A DNA stretch of 64,000 nt. Origin: Heterodontus francisci (Eukaryota). Both the position numbers and the translations under genes were made by a program. Each line of letters starts with the position of its first letter. Position 1 is the stretch's first letter. The stretch lies in assembly GCF_036365525.1 (NCBI RefSeq), contig NW_027142279.1, positions 310,001 to 374,000 on the forward strand. Direction: 5' to 3'. Positions 1-13,876 of this stretch are shown here, one piece after another. The notes beneath the pieces are model-generated. The model saw nothing but the letters and a program-made list of their open reading frames with translations. It ran no database searches and was not told the DNA's origin.

Positions 1-976
1 GGCTGGGGGACATAGTGATTGAGGGGAGTGGGACATAGTCACTGAGGTGAGTGTGATACAGTGACTGAGGGGAATGTGATACAGTGACTGAGGGGAGTGT
101 GATACAATGACAGAGGAAGTGTGATACAGTGACAGAGTGGAGTCTGACACAGTGAGTGAGGGGAGTGTGATACAGTGACTGAGGGGAGTGTGATGCAGTA
201 CAGAGGGAAGTGTGATACTGTGACTGAGCGAGTGTGACACAGTGACTGAGGGGAGTGTGATACAGTGTCTGAGGGGAGTGTGATACAGTGTCTGAGGGGA
301 GTGCGATACAGTGACTGAGGGGAATGTGATACATGACTGAGGGGAGTGTGATACAGAGTCTGAGGGGAGTATGAAACAGTGACTGAGGGGAGTGTGATGG
401 AGTGACTCAAGGACTGTGATACAGTGTCTGAGGGGAGTAGGATACGGTCACTGAGGGGAGTGGGATGCAGCGACTGAGTGTACTGTGACACCGTGACTGA
501 GGGGAGTATGATACAGTCACTGAGGGGAGTGGAATGCAGCGAATGAGGGTAGTGTGATCGAGTGACTGTGGGGAGTGGAATACATTGACTGAGAGGAATG
601 TGATATAGTGACTGAGGGAAGTGTGATACAGTGACTGAGAGAGTGTGATGCAGTGACTGAGGGGAGTGTGATGCAGTGACTGAGGTGAGTGTGATACAGT
701 GACTGAGGTGAGTGGGATACAGTGAGTGAGGGGAGTATGATATTGTGACTGAGGTGAGTGTGATGCAGTGACCGCTGGGAGTGTGATGCAGTGACTGCTG
801 GGAGTGTGATACAGTGACTGAGGGGAGTGTGACGCAGTAATGTAGTGAACAGGATGGAAGATAATGGTTTTATAAAGATTGTTATCTGTCATTCTCCTGA
901 CACGAGCACCATCCTGTTGACCTGATGTGTTTTTCTCCATGTCTCACTTTGCAATATCTCCCTCCCTTCAATACAG

Positions 977-1072
977 AACCCGTGACTTCCCAAACGCAGG
1001 AATCCGAGGAACAATCAACTAGAGAATCTACTGAGGTTTCATCCTCCACCCCAGCGGGCTCTGGAAGCTCAG
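977..1072 (+). CDS. Ser/Thr/Glu-rich (mucin-like) symmetric phase-1 exon, copy 1
   Basis: Pyrimidine tract + tacag|AA...TCAG|gtacct; 96 nt, open: (E)PVTSQTQESEEQSTRESTEVSSSTPAGSGSS. Confidence 0.6.
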
Positions 1073-4000
1073 GTACCTGTCATGTGGGGTCATCATCGCA
1101 GAATCATGGTATCAGAGACTGGTTACAGCACAGGAAGAGGCCATTGAGCCCATCGTCACCTTGACAGCTCTATGCCTGTGCAACTCATCTACTCCCACTC
1201 CTGCAATTTCCCCGTCGCACTGCAGATTATTTCTCCAATGACAATTTTCCAATTCCCTTTTGAAAGCCTCAATTGAACCTGCCTCCAGCACACTCTCAGG
1301 CAGTGCATTTCAGATCCTAACCACACGCTGTGTGAAAAGATTTTCCTGTCTCTGTTGTGACTTTTACCACGAACCTAAAACCGGTGCCCTCTAGTTCTGG
1401 ATCCTCGCACCAATGGGACTCAGGGGAGTGGGACATAGTTACTGAGGGGAGAGGGATGCATTGACTGAGGGGAGAAGGTTGCACTGACCGAGGGCAGTGG
1501 GATATAGTGACTGAGGGAAGTGGGACATAGTGACTGAGGGCAGTGGGATATAGTGAGTGAGGGGAGAGTGATGTAGTGACTGAGGGGAGTGGGACATAGT
1601 GACTGAGGGGAGTGGGATGTAGTGACTGAGGGAAGTTGGACATAGTGATTGAGGGCAGTGGGATGTAGTGACTGAGGGGAGTGAGACATAGTGAATGAGG
1701 GGAGAGGGATATAGTGACTGTGGGGAGTGGGACAAAGTGACTGAGGGGTGTGGGATATAGTTATTGAGGGCAGTAGGACATAGTGATTGAGCACAGTGGG
1801 ATATAGTCAGTGAGGGGCGAGGGATATAGTGACTGAGGGGAGTGGGACATAGTGACTGAGGGGAGCGGGACATAGTGACTGAGGACAGTGGGACATAGTG
1901 ACTGAGGGCAGTGGGATATAGTGACTGAGGGGATTGGGATATAGTCATTCAGGGCAGTGGGACACAGTGACTGAGGGCAATGGTACATAGTGACTGAGGG
2001 CAGAGGGACATAGTGACTGAGGACAGTGGGACATAGTGACTGAGGGCAGTGGGCTATAGTGACTGAGGGGATTGGGATATAGTCATTCAGGGCAGTGGGA
2101 CACAGTGACTGAGGGCAATGGTACATAGTGACTGAGGGCAGAGGGACATAGTGACTGAGGACAGTGGGACACAGTGACTGAGGGCAATGGTACATAGTGA
2201 CTGAGGGCAGAGGGACATAGTGACTGAGGACAGTGGGACATAGTGACTGAGGGCAGTGGGCTATAGTGACTGAGGGGATTGGGATATAGTCATTCAGGGC
2301 AGTGGGACACAGTGACTGAGGGCAATGGTACATAGTGACTGAGGGCAGAGGGACATAGTGACTGAGGACAGTGGGACACAGTGACTGAGGGCAATGGTAC
2401 ATAGTGACTGAGGGCAGAGGGACATAGTGACTGAGGACAGTGGGACATAGTGACTAAGGGCAGAGGGACATAGTGACTGAGGTGAGTGGGACATAGTCAC
2501 TGAGGTGAGTGGGATATAGTCATTGAGGACAGTGGGACATAGTGACTGAGGGCAGTGGGATACAGTGAGTGAGGGGAGAGGGATATAGTGACTGTGGGGA
2601 GTGGGACAAAGTGACTGAGGGGAGTTGGATTTAGTTACTGAGGGCAGTAGGACATAGTGATTGCGCGCAGTGGGATATAGTCATTGAGGGGCGAGGGATA
2701 TAGTGACTGAGGGGAGTGGGATATAGTCATTAAGGGCAGTGGGACACAGTGACTGAGGGCAATGGTACATAGTGACTGAGGGCAGTGGGACATCGTGACT
2801 GAGGTGAGTGGGACATAGTCACTGAGGCGAGTGGGATATAGTCATTGAGGACAGTGGGACATAGTGACTGAGGGCAATGGTACATAGTGACTGAGGGAAG
2901 TGTGATATAGTGACTGAGGGCATTAGGACATAGTGACTGAGGGGAGTGGGATATAGTCATTGAGGGCAGTGGGACATAGTGACTGAAGGCAGTGGGATAT
3001 AGTGATTGAGGGCACTGGGATGTAGTAACTGAGCGGAGTGGGACGTAGTGACTGAGGTCCGTGGGATATAGTGACTTAGGGCAGTGGGATGTATTGACTT
3101 TGCGGAGTGGGATGTGGTAACTGCGGAGAGTGGGATGTAGTGACTGAGGTGAGTGGGATACAGTGACTGAGGGGAGTGGGATACAGAGACTGAGGGTAGT
3201 ATGATACAGTGTCTGAGGGGAGTGGGATACAGCAACTGAGGGGAGTGTGATACAGTCACTGAGGGTAGTGTGATACAGTGTCTGAGGGGAGTATGAAACA
3301 GTCACTGAGGGGAGTGTGATGCAGCGACTGAGGGTAGTGTGATACAGTGTCTGAGGGGAACTTGATACAGTGACTGAGGGTAGTGTGATGCAGTGACAGA
3401 GGGAGTGTGATACAGTGACAGAGGGGAGTGTGATACAGTGAGTGAGGGGAGTGTGATACAGTGACTGAGGGGAATGTGATACAGTGACTGAGGGGAGTGT
3501 GATACAATGACAGAGGAAGTGTGATACAGTGACAGAGTGGAGTCTGGCACAGTGAGTGAGGGGAGTGTGATACAGTGACTGAGGGGAGTGTGATGCAGTA
3601 CAGAGGGAAGTGTGATACTGTGACTGAGCGAGTGTGACACAGTGACTGAGGGGAGTGTGATACAGTGTCTGAGGGGAGTGTGATACAGTGACAGAGGGGA
3701 GTGTGATACAGTGAGTGAGGGGAGTGTGATGCAGTGACTGAGGGGAATGTGATACAGTGTCTGAGGGGAGTGTGATACAGTGACAGAGGGGAGTGTGATA
3801 CAGTGAGTGAGGGGAGTGTGATGCAGTGACTGAGGGGAATGTGATACAGTGACTGAGGGGAGTGTGACACAATGACAGAGGAAGTGTGATACAGTGACAG
3901 AGTGGAGTCTGACACAGTGACTGAGGGGAGTGTGATACAGTGTCTGAGGGGAGTGTGATACAGTGACAGAGGGGAGTGTGATACAGTGAGTGAGGGGAAT

Positions 4001-5382
4001 GTGATGCAGTGACTGAGGGGAGTGTGACACAATGACAGAGGAAGTGTGATACAGTGACAGAGGGGAGTGTGATACAGTGAGTGAGGGGAGTGTGATACAG
4101 TGACTGAGGGGAATGTGATGCAGTGACTGAGGGGAGTGTGACACAATGACAGAGGAAGTGTGATACAGTGACAGAGTGGAGTCTGACACAGTGAGTGAGG
4201 GGAGTGTGATACAGTGACTGAGGGGAGTGTGATGCAGTGTCTGAGGGGAGTGCGATACTGTGACTGAGCGAGTGTGACACAGTGACTGAGGGGAGTGTGA
4301 TACAGTGTCTGAGGGGAGTGTGATACAGTGACTGAGGGGAGTGCGATACAGTGACTGAGGGGAATGTGATACATGACTGAGGGGAGTGTGATACAGAGTC
4401 TGAGGGGAGTGTGATACAGTCACTGAGGGGAGTGTGATGCAGCGACTGAGGGAAGTGTGATACTGTGACTGAGCGAGTGTGACACAGTGAGTGAGGGGAG
4501 TGTAATACAGTGACTAAAGGGAGTGTGATGCAGTGACAGAGGGAAGTGTGATACAGTGACAGAGTGGAGTCTGACACATTTAGTGAGGGGAGTGTGATAC
4601 AGTGACTGAGGAAGTGTGATACAGTGACAGAGTGGAGTGTGACACATTTAGTGAGGGGAGTGTGATACAGTGACTAAGGGGAGTGTGATGCAGTGACAGA
4701 GGGAAGTGTGATACAGCGACTGAGGGGAGTGTGATACAGCGACTGAGGGGAATATGATACAGCGACTGAGGGGAGTGTGATACAGTGACTGAGGGGAATG
4801 TGATACATGACTGAGGGGAGTGTGATACAGAGTCTGAGGGGAGTATGAAACAGTCACTGAGGGGAGTGTGATGCAGCGACTGAGTTTACTGTGACACCGT
4901 GACTGAGGGGAGTATGATACAGTCACTGAGGGGAGTGGGATGCAGCGAATGAGGGTAGTGTGATCGAGTGACTGTGGGGAGTGGAATACATTGACTGAGA
5001 GGAATGTGATATAGTGACTGAGGGAAGTGTGATACAGTGACTGAGAGAGTGTGATGCAGTGACTGAGGGGAGTGTGATGCAGTGACTGAGGTGAGTGTGA
5101 TACAGTGACTGAGGTGAGTGGGATACAGTGAGTGAGGGGAGTATGATATAGTGACTGAGGTGAGTGTGATGCAGTGACCGCTGGGAGTGTGATGCAGTGA
5201 CTGCTGGGAGTGTGATACAGTGACTGAGGGGAGTGTGACGCAGTAATGTAGTGAACAGGATGGAAGATAATGGTTTTATAAAGATTGTTATCTGTCATTC
5301 TCCTGACACGAGCACCATCCTGTTGACCTGATGTGTTTTTCTCCATGTCTTGCTTTGCAATGTCTCCCTCCCTTTAATACAG

Positions 5383-5478
5383 AACCCGTGACTTCCCAAA
5401 CTCAGGAATCCGAGGAACAATCGACTAGAGAATCTACTGAGGTTTCATCCTCCACCCCAGCGGGCTCTGGAAGCTCAG
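5383..5478 (+). CDS. Ser/Thr-rich exon, copy 2
   Basis: Same splice sites and identical peptide to 977-1072, with only synonymous differences (ACG/ACT, TCA/TCG). Confidence 0.6.
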
Positions 5479-8400
5479 GTACCTGTCATGTGGGGTCATC
5501 ATCGCAGAATCATGGTATAAGTGACTGGTTACAGCACAGGAAGAGGCCATTGAGCCCATCGTCACCTTGACAGCTCTATGCCTGTGCAACTCATCTACAC
5601 CCACTCCTGCAATTTCCCCATCATCCTGCAGATTGTTTCTCCGATGATAATTATCCAATTCCCTTTTGAAGGCCTCAATTGAACCTGCCTCCAGCACACT
5701 CTCAGGCAGTGCATTTCAGATCCTAACCACTCGCTGTGTGAAAAGATTTTCCTGTCTCTGTTGTGACTTACATCACTCACCTAAAACCGGTGCCCTCTAG
5801 TTCTGGATCCTCCCACCAATGGAACTGAGGGGAGTGGGACATAGTTACTGAGGGGAGAGTGATGCAGTGACTGAGGGGAGAAGGTTGCACTGACCGAGGG
5901 GAGTGGGATATAGTGACTGAGGGCAGTGGGACATAGTGACTGAGGGTAGTGTGATACAATGACAGAGGAAGTGTGATACAGTGACTGAGAGAGTGTGATA
6001 CAGTGACTGAGAGAGTGTGACACAGTGACAGAGGGAAGTGGGATACAGTGACTGAATGTGTGGGATACAGTGACTGAGGGGATTGTGATACTGTGACAGC
6101 GGGGAGTGTGATACAGTGACTGAGAGAGTGTGATACGGTGACTGGGGTAGAGTGATACAGTGACTCCGGGAGTGTGATACACTGTCTGAGGAGAGTGGGA
6201 TGCAGTGACTGAGGGGAGTGTGATGCAGTGTCTGAGGGGTGTAGGATAAAGTGAACTGAAGGGAGTGTGATCCAGTGACTGGAGGAGTGTGATACAGTGA
6301 CTGAGGGGAGTGTGATACAGTGTCTGAGGGTAGTATGATACAGTCACTGAGGGGAGTGCGATGCAGCGACTGAGGGTAGTGTGATACAGTGTCTGAGGGG
6401 GATGTGATACAGTGACAGAGGGTAGAGTGATACAATGACAGAGGAAGAGTGATACAGTGACAGAGGGGAGTGTGATACAGTGGGTGAGGGGAGTGTGATG
6501 CAGTGACTAAGGGGAGCATTATACAGTGACTGAGGGGAGTGTGATACAGTGACTCCGGGAGTGTGATACAGTGATTGAGGGGAGTGCGATAAAGATACGG
6601 AGGGGAGTGTTATACACTGACTGAGGGGATTGGGATACAGTGACTGAAGGGAGTGTGATACAGTGACTGGAGGAGTGTGACACAGTGACTGAGGGGAGTG
6701 TGATACAGTGTCTGAGGGTAGTATGATACAGTCACTGAGGGGAGTGCGATGCAGCGACTGAGGGTAGTGTGATACAGTGTCTGAGGGAGATGTGATACAG
6801 TGACAGAGGGTAGAGTGATACAATGACAGAGGAAGTGTGATACAGTGACAGAGGGGAGTGTGATACAGTGGGTGAGGGGAGTGTGATGCAGTGACTGAGG
6901 GGAGCATTATACAGTGACTGAGGGGAGTGTGATACAGTGACTCCGGGAGTGTGATACAGTGATTGAGGGGAGTACGATAAAGTTACGGAGGGGAGTGTTA
7001 TACACTGACTGAGGGGATTGGGATACAGTGACTGAAGGGAGTGTGATCCAGTGACTGAGGGGAGTGTGATACAGTGTCTGAGGGTAGTATGATACAGTCA
7101 CTGAGGGGAGTGCGATGCAGCGACTGAGGGTAGTGTGATACAGTGTCTGAGGGGGATGTGATACAGTGACAGAGGGTAGAGTGATACAATGACAGAGGAA
7201 GAGTGATACAGTGACAGAGGGGAGTGTGATACAGTGGGTGAGGGGAGTGTGATGCAGTGACTGAGGGGAGCATTATACAGTGACTGAGGGGAGTGTGATA
7301 CAGTGACTCCGGGAGTGTGATACAGTGATTGAGGGGAGTACGATAAAGTTACGGAGGGGAGTGTTATACACTGACTGAGGGGATTGGGATACAGTGACTG
7401 AAGGGAGTGTGATCCAGTGACTGGAGGAGTGTGATACAGTGACTGAGGGGAGTGTGATACAGTGTCTGAGGGTAGGATGATACAGTCACTGAGGGGAGTG
7501 CGATGCAGCGACTGAGGGTAGTGTGATGCAGTGTCTGAGGGGGATGTGATACAGTGACTCCGGGAGTGTGTTACAGTGATTGAGGGGAGTGCGATAAAGT
7601 TACGGAGTGGAGTGTTATACACTAACTGAGGGGATTGGGATACAGTGACTGAAGGGAGTGTGATCCAGTGACTGAGGGCTGTGGGATGCAGTGACTGAGG
7701 GGAGTAGGATACAGACACTGAGGGGAGTGGGATGCAGCGACTGAGGGTAGTGTGATACAGTGACTGAGGGGAGTGTGATACAGTCACTGAGGAGAGGGGA
7801 ATGCAGCGACTGAGGGGAGTGGGGTACAGTGACTGAAGGGAGTGTGATACAGTGACTGAGGGGTGTGGGATGCAGTGACTGAGGGGAGTAGGAATCAGTC
7901 ACTGAGGGGAGTGGGATGCAGCCACTGAGGGTAGTGTGTTACAGTGACTGAGGGGAGTATGATACAGTCACTGAGGAGAGTGGAATGCAGCGACTGAGGG
8001 GAGTGTGATAGAGTGACTGAGGGGAGCATTATACAGTGGCTGAGAGAGTGTGATACGGTGACTGGGGGAGAGTGATACAGTGACTGTGGGGAGTGTGATA
8101 CACTGTCTGAGGAGAGTGGGATGCAGTGACTGAGGGGAGTGTGATGCAGTGTCTGAGGGTAGTGTGATACAGTGTCTGAGGGGGATGTGATACAGTGACA
8201 GAGGGGAGAGTGATACAATGACAGAGGAAGAGTGATACAGTGACAGAGGGGAGTGTGATACAGTGGGTGAGGGGAGTGTGATGCAGTGACTGAGGGGAGC
8301 ATTATACAGTGTCTGAGGGGGATGTGATACAGTGACAGAGGGGAGAGTGATACAATGACAGAGGAAGAGTGATACAGTGACAGAGGGGAGTGTGATACAG

Positions 8401-10359
8401 TGGGTGAGGGGAGTGTGATACAGTGACTAAGGGGAGCATTATACAGTGACTGAGGGGAATGTGATACAGTGACTCAGGGAGTGTGATACAGTGATTGAGT
8501 GGAGTGCGATAAAGTTATGGAGGGTAGTGTTATACACTGTCTGAGGGGTTTGGGATACAGTGACCGAAGGGAGTGTGATTCAGAGACTGAGGGGTGTGGG
8601 ATGCAGTGACTGAGGGTAGTATGATACAGTCACTGAGTGGAGTGGGATGCAGCGACTGAGGGTAGTGTGATGCAGTGACTGAGGGGAGCATTATACAGTG
8701 ACTGAGGGGAGTGTGATACAGTGACTCCGGGAGTGTGATACAGTGATTGAGGGGAGTGCGATAAAGTTACGGAGTGGAGTGTTATACACTAACTGAGGGG
8801 ATTGGGATACAGTGACTGAAGGGAGTGTGATCCAGTGACTGGAGGAGTGTGATACAGTGACTGAGGGGAGTGTGATACAGTGTCTGAGGGTAGTATGATA
8901 CAGTCACTGAGGGGAGTGCGATGCAGCGACTGAGGGTAGTGTGATGCAGTGTCTGAGGGGGATGTGATACAGTGACAGAGGGTAGTGTGATGCAGTGACT
9001 GAGGGGAGTATGATACAGTCACTGAGGAGAGGGGAATGCAGCGACTGAGGGGAGTGGGATACAGTGACTGAAGGGAGTGTGATACAGTGACTGAGGGGTG
9101 TGGGATGCAGTGACTGAGGGGAGTGGGATCAGCGACTGAGCATAGTGTGATGCAGTGACTGAGGGGAGTATGATCCAGTCACTGAGGAGAGTGGAATTCA
9201 GTGGCTGAGGGGAGTGTGATAGAGTGACTGAGGGGAGTGGGATACAGTGACTGAGGTGAGCGTGATACAGTGAAAGAGGGAAGTGGGATACAGTGACTGA
9301 GAGAGTGTGATACAGTGACTGAGAGAGTGTGATACAGTGACAGAGGGAAGTGGGATACAGTGACTGAATGTGTGGGATACAGTGACTGAGGGGTGTGTGA
9401 TACTGCAACAGCGGGGAGTGCGATACAGTGACTGATAGAGTGTGATACAGTGACTGGGGGAGAGTGATACAGTGACTGAGGGGAGTGTGATACACTGACT
9501 GAGAGAGTGTGATACAGTGACTGAGGGAAGTGGGATACAGTGACTGAATGTGTGGGATACAGTGACTGATAGAGTGTGATACAGTGACTGGGGGAGTGTG
9601 ATACTGCGACAGCGGGGAGTGTGATACATTGACTGAGGGGAGTGTGATACACTGACTGAGAGAGTGTGATACAGTGACAGAGGGAAGTGGGATACAGTGA
9701 CTGAATGTGTGGGATACAGTGACTGATAGAGTGTGATACAGTGACTGGGGGAGTGTGATACATTGACTGAGGGGAGTGTGATACTCTGTCTGAGTAGAGT
9801 GGGATGCAGTGACTGAAGCGAATATAATGCAGTGACTGAGTGGAGTGTGATACATTGAATGAGGGGAGTGTGAGACTCTGTCTGAGGGGAGTGGGATACA
9901 GTGAACTGAAGGGAGTGTGATACTGTGACTGGGGGAGTGTGATACAGTGACTGAGGAGAGTGTGATACACTGTCTGAGGGGAGTGGAGTGCAGTGACTGA
10001 AGGGAATATAATGCAGTGACTGAGGGGAGTGTGATACAGTGCCTGAGGGGCGTGTGTTGCAGTGACTGAGGGGAGTGTGATACAGCGACTGAGGAGAGTG
10101 TGATACAGTGACTGAGGGGAATGTGATAAAGTGACTGAGGTGAGTGTAATGCAGTGACTGAGGGGATTGTGATACAGTGAGCTGAAGGGAGTGCGAGACA
10201 GCGACTGAGGAGAGTGTGATACAGCGACTGACGGGAGAGGGATACAGCGACTGAGGGGAGTGTGATGCAGTGACTGAGGGGAATGTGATAAAGTGACTGA
10301 GGTGAGTGTAATGCAGTGACTGAGGGGACTGTGATAGAGACTGAGGGCAGCATGATGCT

Positions 10360-10440
10360 CAAACTCAGGAATCCGAGGAACAATTGACTAGAGAATCTAC
10401 TGAGGTTTCATCCACTACCCACCGGGCTCTGGAAGCTAAG
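10360..10440 (+). pseudogene. Degenerate third copy of the Ser/Thr-rich exon
   Basis: Acceptor and 5' end replaced by satellite; 1-nt deletion near 10415; donor gtatct retained. Confidence 0.55.
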
Positions 10441-10464
10441 GTATCTGCTTTGTGGGGTTATCAT

Positions 10465-11330
10465 CGCAGAATCATGGAATCAAAGACTGGTTACGGCACA
10501 GAAAGTTTCTGTTCAGCCCATCTTCACTGAGCCAGCTCTCTGGCAGTGCAACTCACCTACTCCCACTCCTGCCATTTTCCTGTCGCCCTGCAGATTTTTT
10601 CTGCCAGGACAATTATCCAATTCCCTTTTGAAAGCCTCAATTAAACCTGCCTCCAGCACACTCTCATGCAGGTCATTTCAGATCCTAACCACTCACTGTG
10701 TGAAAAGGTTTCCCTGCCTCTGTTGTGACTTTTACCACTCACCTAAAATCGTTGCTCTCTAGTTCTGGATCCTCCCACCAAGAGGAACAGTTTTTCCCTG
10801 ACTACTCTGTCCAGTTCCCTCTTGATTATGAACATCTTGCTCAAATCTCGTCTTAATCGTCTCTTCTCCACGGAGAACAGCCCCAGCTTCTCCGATCTAT
10901 TCATGTCACTGACGTCCCTCATCCCGGGAACCATTCCGGTAAATCTTCTCTGCACCCTCTTGAATACCTTAACATCCTTCCTAAGTATTAACCGCTCTCT
11001 CGACCTGTCTTGCCACCTTCAATGATTTGTGCACATGTCCCCCCCAGGTCCCTCTGCCCCTGCACCTCCTTTAGAATTGTAGCCTTTATTTTATATTGCC
11101 TCTCGTTCATCCGACCAAAATGAATCACTTCACAATTCTCTGTGATAAATTTCATTTGCCAGTGTCTGCCCATCCCACCAGCCTGTCTATGACCTCCTGA
11201 CGTCTATCACTGTCCTCCTCACAGTTCACAATACTTCCAGGTTTTTTGTCATCTGCAGATTTTGAAAGTGTGCCCTGTACGCCCCAGTCTATGTCATTAA
11301 TATACATCAGGAAAAACAGTGGTCTGAGCA
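10465..11330 (-). mobile_element. CR1-type LINE 3' fragment
   Basis: ORF pieces QRRFTGMVPGMRD..LEKLGLFS.EKRRLR and WQMKF..CEVIHFGR; typical CR1 3' tail. Confidence 0.9.
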
Positions 11331-11399
11331 ATATTAGAGAGCAAAGCACAGATGCACAGAGAATTAGGAGGGACAGATAACACTGGAGTCGATAAGAGT

Positions 11400-11680
11400 A
11401 TCGTATTAGACGGGGGCAGTGGAAGAGGAAAGGAGATAAGCTGTCAATTCAGTTTAATGTGTGTGTATATGGATGCACGGACAGTGGTAAATAAGGTTGT
11501 TGAGCTTCAGGCGCAGATAGCCACGTGGAAATATGATGTTGTGGCAATTACAGGGTCCTGGCTCGAAGATGGGCAGGACTGGGTAGTGAATATTCCTGAC
11601 TACAAGGTGTTCAGGAAAGAGAGGGGAGGAAGGAAAGGAGGAGGGGTATCAGTATTGATTAAGGGGAACATTACAGTGCT
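11400..11680 (+). mobile_element. CR1 ORF2 N-terminal APE endonuclease fragment
   Basis: CVYMDARTVVNKVVELQAQI..YDVVAITGSWL..YKVFRKER..RKGGGVSVLIK. Confidence 0.85.
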
Positions 11681-12063
11681 GTTTTCTTTTCTCTCTCTTG
11701 TTCTCACTCATTCCAGATCTCCCTTACTCTTTTCTGTCTCACTCCTGTCGCCTTCCCTCCTTTTCTCTCATTCCTGCTCTCTGTTGTTCTCTGACTCCAC
11801 TTTCCCCCTGTCGTTTCACTGATCACTTTGATAATCTCCTGAATTTTCTCTGTTAGTTTTTTTTCCTTGTCGGAGTAGTAACTGATTCTGCAGCCGATGA
11901 TGTCTGGTGTCTCCCCTCGGTAAAGGCTGGTATACATTGATTCAGTGTGTAGAGTGAGTGAGATTACATACGAGAGGAGGTTCTGTGTTAAAACACTTCT
12001 GTCCACTCATCCAGCGTTCTGAATCCCAGTGAAATTCCTCTTGTCTTTATTTGATCCTCTCAG

Positions 12064-12123
12064 ACTCGGGGATTCCGTCTACTCCCGAGGAACCTCCCGA
12101 CTCCCAGCCTGTTTCTGATGACG
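12064..12123 (+). CDS. Candidate short Pro/Ser-rich phase-1 exon (DSGIPSTPEEPPDSQPVSDD)
   Basis: Good acceptor (tcctctcag|), 60 nt, frame-compatible with neighbouring exons; weak donor gtggaa. Confidence 0.35.
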
Positions 12124-12784
12124 GTGGAAAAATTTCAGATTCTCCACATTTCAGGAATATTAAATCCCTCCTCCTGTCTCAGTCTGGCACAAATATATCA
12201 GGACCGAGGGCCTCCAAACAGCTGTGTGATCGTTCTGTGTAGGGAAACCCATCGTTCTCAATCTCTCTCTCTGCCTTGTCTGTGCTGTCAGACAAGAGTT
12301 GCAGTCACTTGTGTTCAGTCTGAGTGGAATCATTGGGAAACACAGAAACGTAAACGTTCAGAAATTCCTTCAGAAATATCTTTGAGCTTCTATCTCACAT
12401 CCCTCTCTCTGTAACTCTCAGTTTTATCTCTCTCTCTATGTTTCTCCTTTATCTTCCTTTCACACGCATATATAAATATATTTCATTTCTGTATCCGCCT
12501 CTCTCCTATGTGGTTCTCAGTTTCTCCAGCTCCCTCTTTCGCCTCACTCTGTCTCCCACTCTCTCTGATGTTCTGTCTGCCTGTCTGTCTCTCTGACTCC
12601 CACTTTCTCTCTCTCTGTCTCTCTCACAGATGCTCTTTGTCTGTCTCTCTGTCTTTGTCTTTGTTAGAGGGACAGAGAGCATCAGAGAGAGAGAGAGAGT
12701 GAGAGTGATCGACAGAGACAGAGAAAAGGGCAGTGAGACCGGAGTAAACACGGAATGCAAATGATCTTGGGAGATGGAACAAGA

Positions 12785-13045
12785 AGGCAACACTTTCAAC
12801 ACACCATTAACATATTGTTTGCCTTTGCTCCGTGACCTTTTGGTCAGCTATGTGGCCTGGTCCAATCTGCACCTTCTCCTTTGTTATCTCTTGCCCAACC
12901 CCCACCTCACTTGTTTATAATCTGTGACTTTTCTAATATTTGTCAGTTCCGAAGAAGGGTCACTGACCCGAAACGTTAACTCTGCTTCTCTTTCCACAGA
13001 TGCTGCCAGACCTGCTGAGTGAATCCAGCATTTCTTGTTTTTGTT
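12785..13045 (-). mobile_element. Penelope-like element terminal fragment
   Basis: cagatgctgccagacctgctgagt..ccagcatttc / gaaacgttaactctg signature; also at ~17785-17910 and ~53115-53205. Confidence 0.6.
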
Positions 13046-13090
13046 GTCTGGGTGTGGTCAACCTGTTGATGTTGTGACTGTTGTGTTTAG

Positions 13091-13176
13091 GTACCAAATA
13101 CAAGAGGATTAATGTGAAGATCACGTCAATGACTGATCTGGATGAAGAATCTGCAAAGAGAATCGTTGTGGAGAGG
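13091..13176 (+). CDS. Penultimate exon of unidentified gene (GTKYKRINVKITSMTDLDEESAKRIVVER)
   Basis: tgtttag| acceptor, |gtgaga donor, phase 1 to phase 0, non-repetitive coding-like sequence. Confidence 0.55.
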
Positions 13177-13876
13177 GTGAGAGACTGCACTGTACTGAGG
13201 AGAAACACGGGAGACAACAGATCCTCCCTCTCACTGTCTGTATTCACTGAATGGGAACTCCAGGTCATTATTTAAACAGCTCTAATTCCCCCTCTGCTTA
13301 TCTTCTGGTCCCCCAGATCAGGCTTGTGAGGGGTTGAATGGGCTTCCTCCTGAGCCTGTGTGAAAGGCTCGAGAGCGGGTGAGGGTGCTGAATGGCCTTC
13401 TCCTGTTCCTGTGTAAGAACTCGAAAGAGGGGCTGAATGGCCTCCTCCTGTTCCTGTGTAACAGACTCGAGGGGATGAATGGCCTCCTCATTTTACGGTA
13501 ACCTCTCTCTGATCTTCCCTCTCACTCTCCCCATTCTCTCTTTATGTCCTTTCTATCTCTGTCTCTTTCTCTGCCTCGCTCACCCAATCTGTATTTCTCT
13601 TTCTGTGTCTTGCTTTCTGTCTCTGTCTGTCCCTCACTGCATCTCTGACGACCTCTCGCTCTCACGCCCTCTGTTTCTCTACCTCTGTCTCAATCCCTGT
13701 AGCTCTCCCACCCTCCCTCTGCATCTCTCCCTCTGTCTGAGTATCTTTGCCTCACCCTGTCTCTCACTGTCTTGTCCCCACCCTCTCTCCCGATCTCTGT
13801 CTGTATGCTCTCTGTCTATTTCTATTCACTCCTCCCCTTGCAGTAATACTCATCGTTTCTCCTCTCTGCGATGCAG

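Larger units (their letters stand above)
1..10350. repeat. 23-bp GA-rich satellite (consensus ~CAGTGACTGAGGGGAGTGTGATA) with a ~4.4-5 kb higher-order repeat
   Basis: Direct 23-nt periodicity (e.g. AGTG at 241, 264, 287). Interrupted three times by the same unique+CR1 block (~840-1420, ~5245-5825, ~10360-10770). Confidence 0.95.

Noticed and set aside
39-10383. Long His/Cys/Ser/Pro-rich minus-strand ORFs (up to 615 aa)
   Set aside because: Stop-free translations of the 23-bp satellite in several overlapping frames.
11704-12006. 100-aa minus-strand ORF
   Set aside because: No recognisable domain or clear splice structure; half of it is a purine-rich tract.
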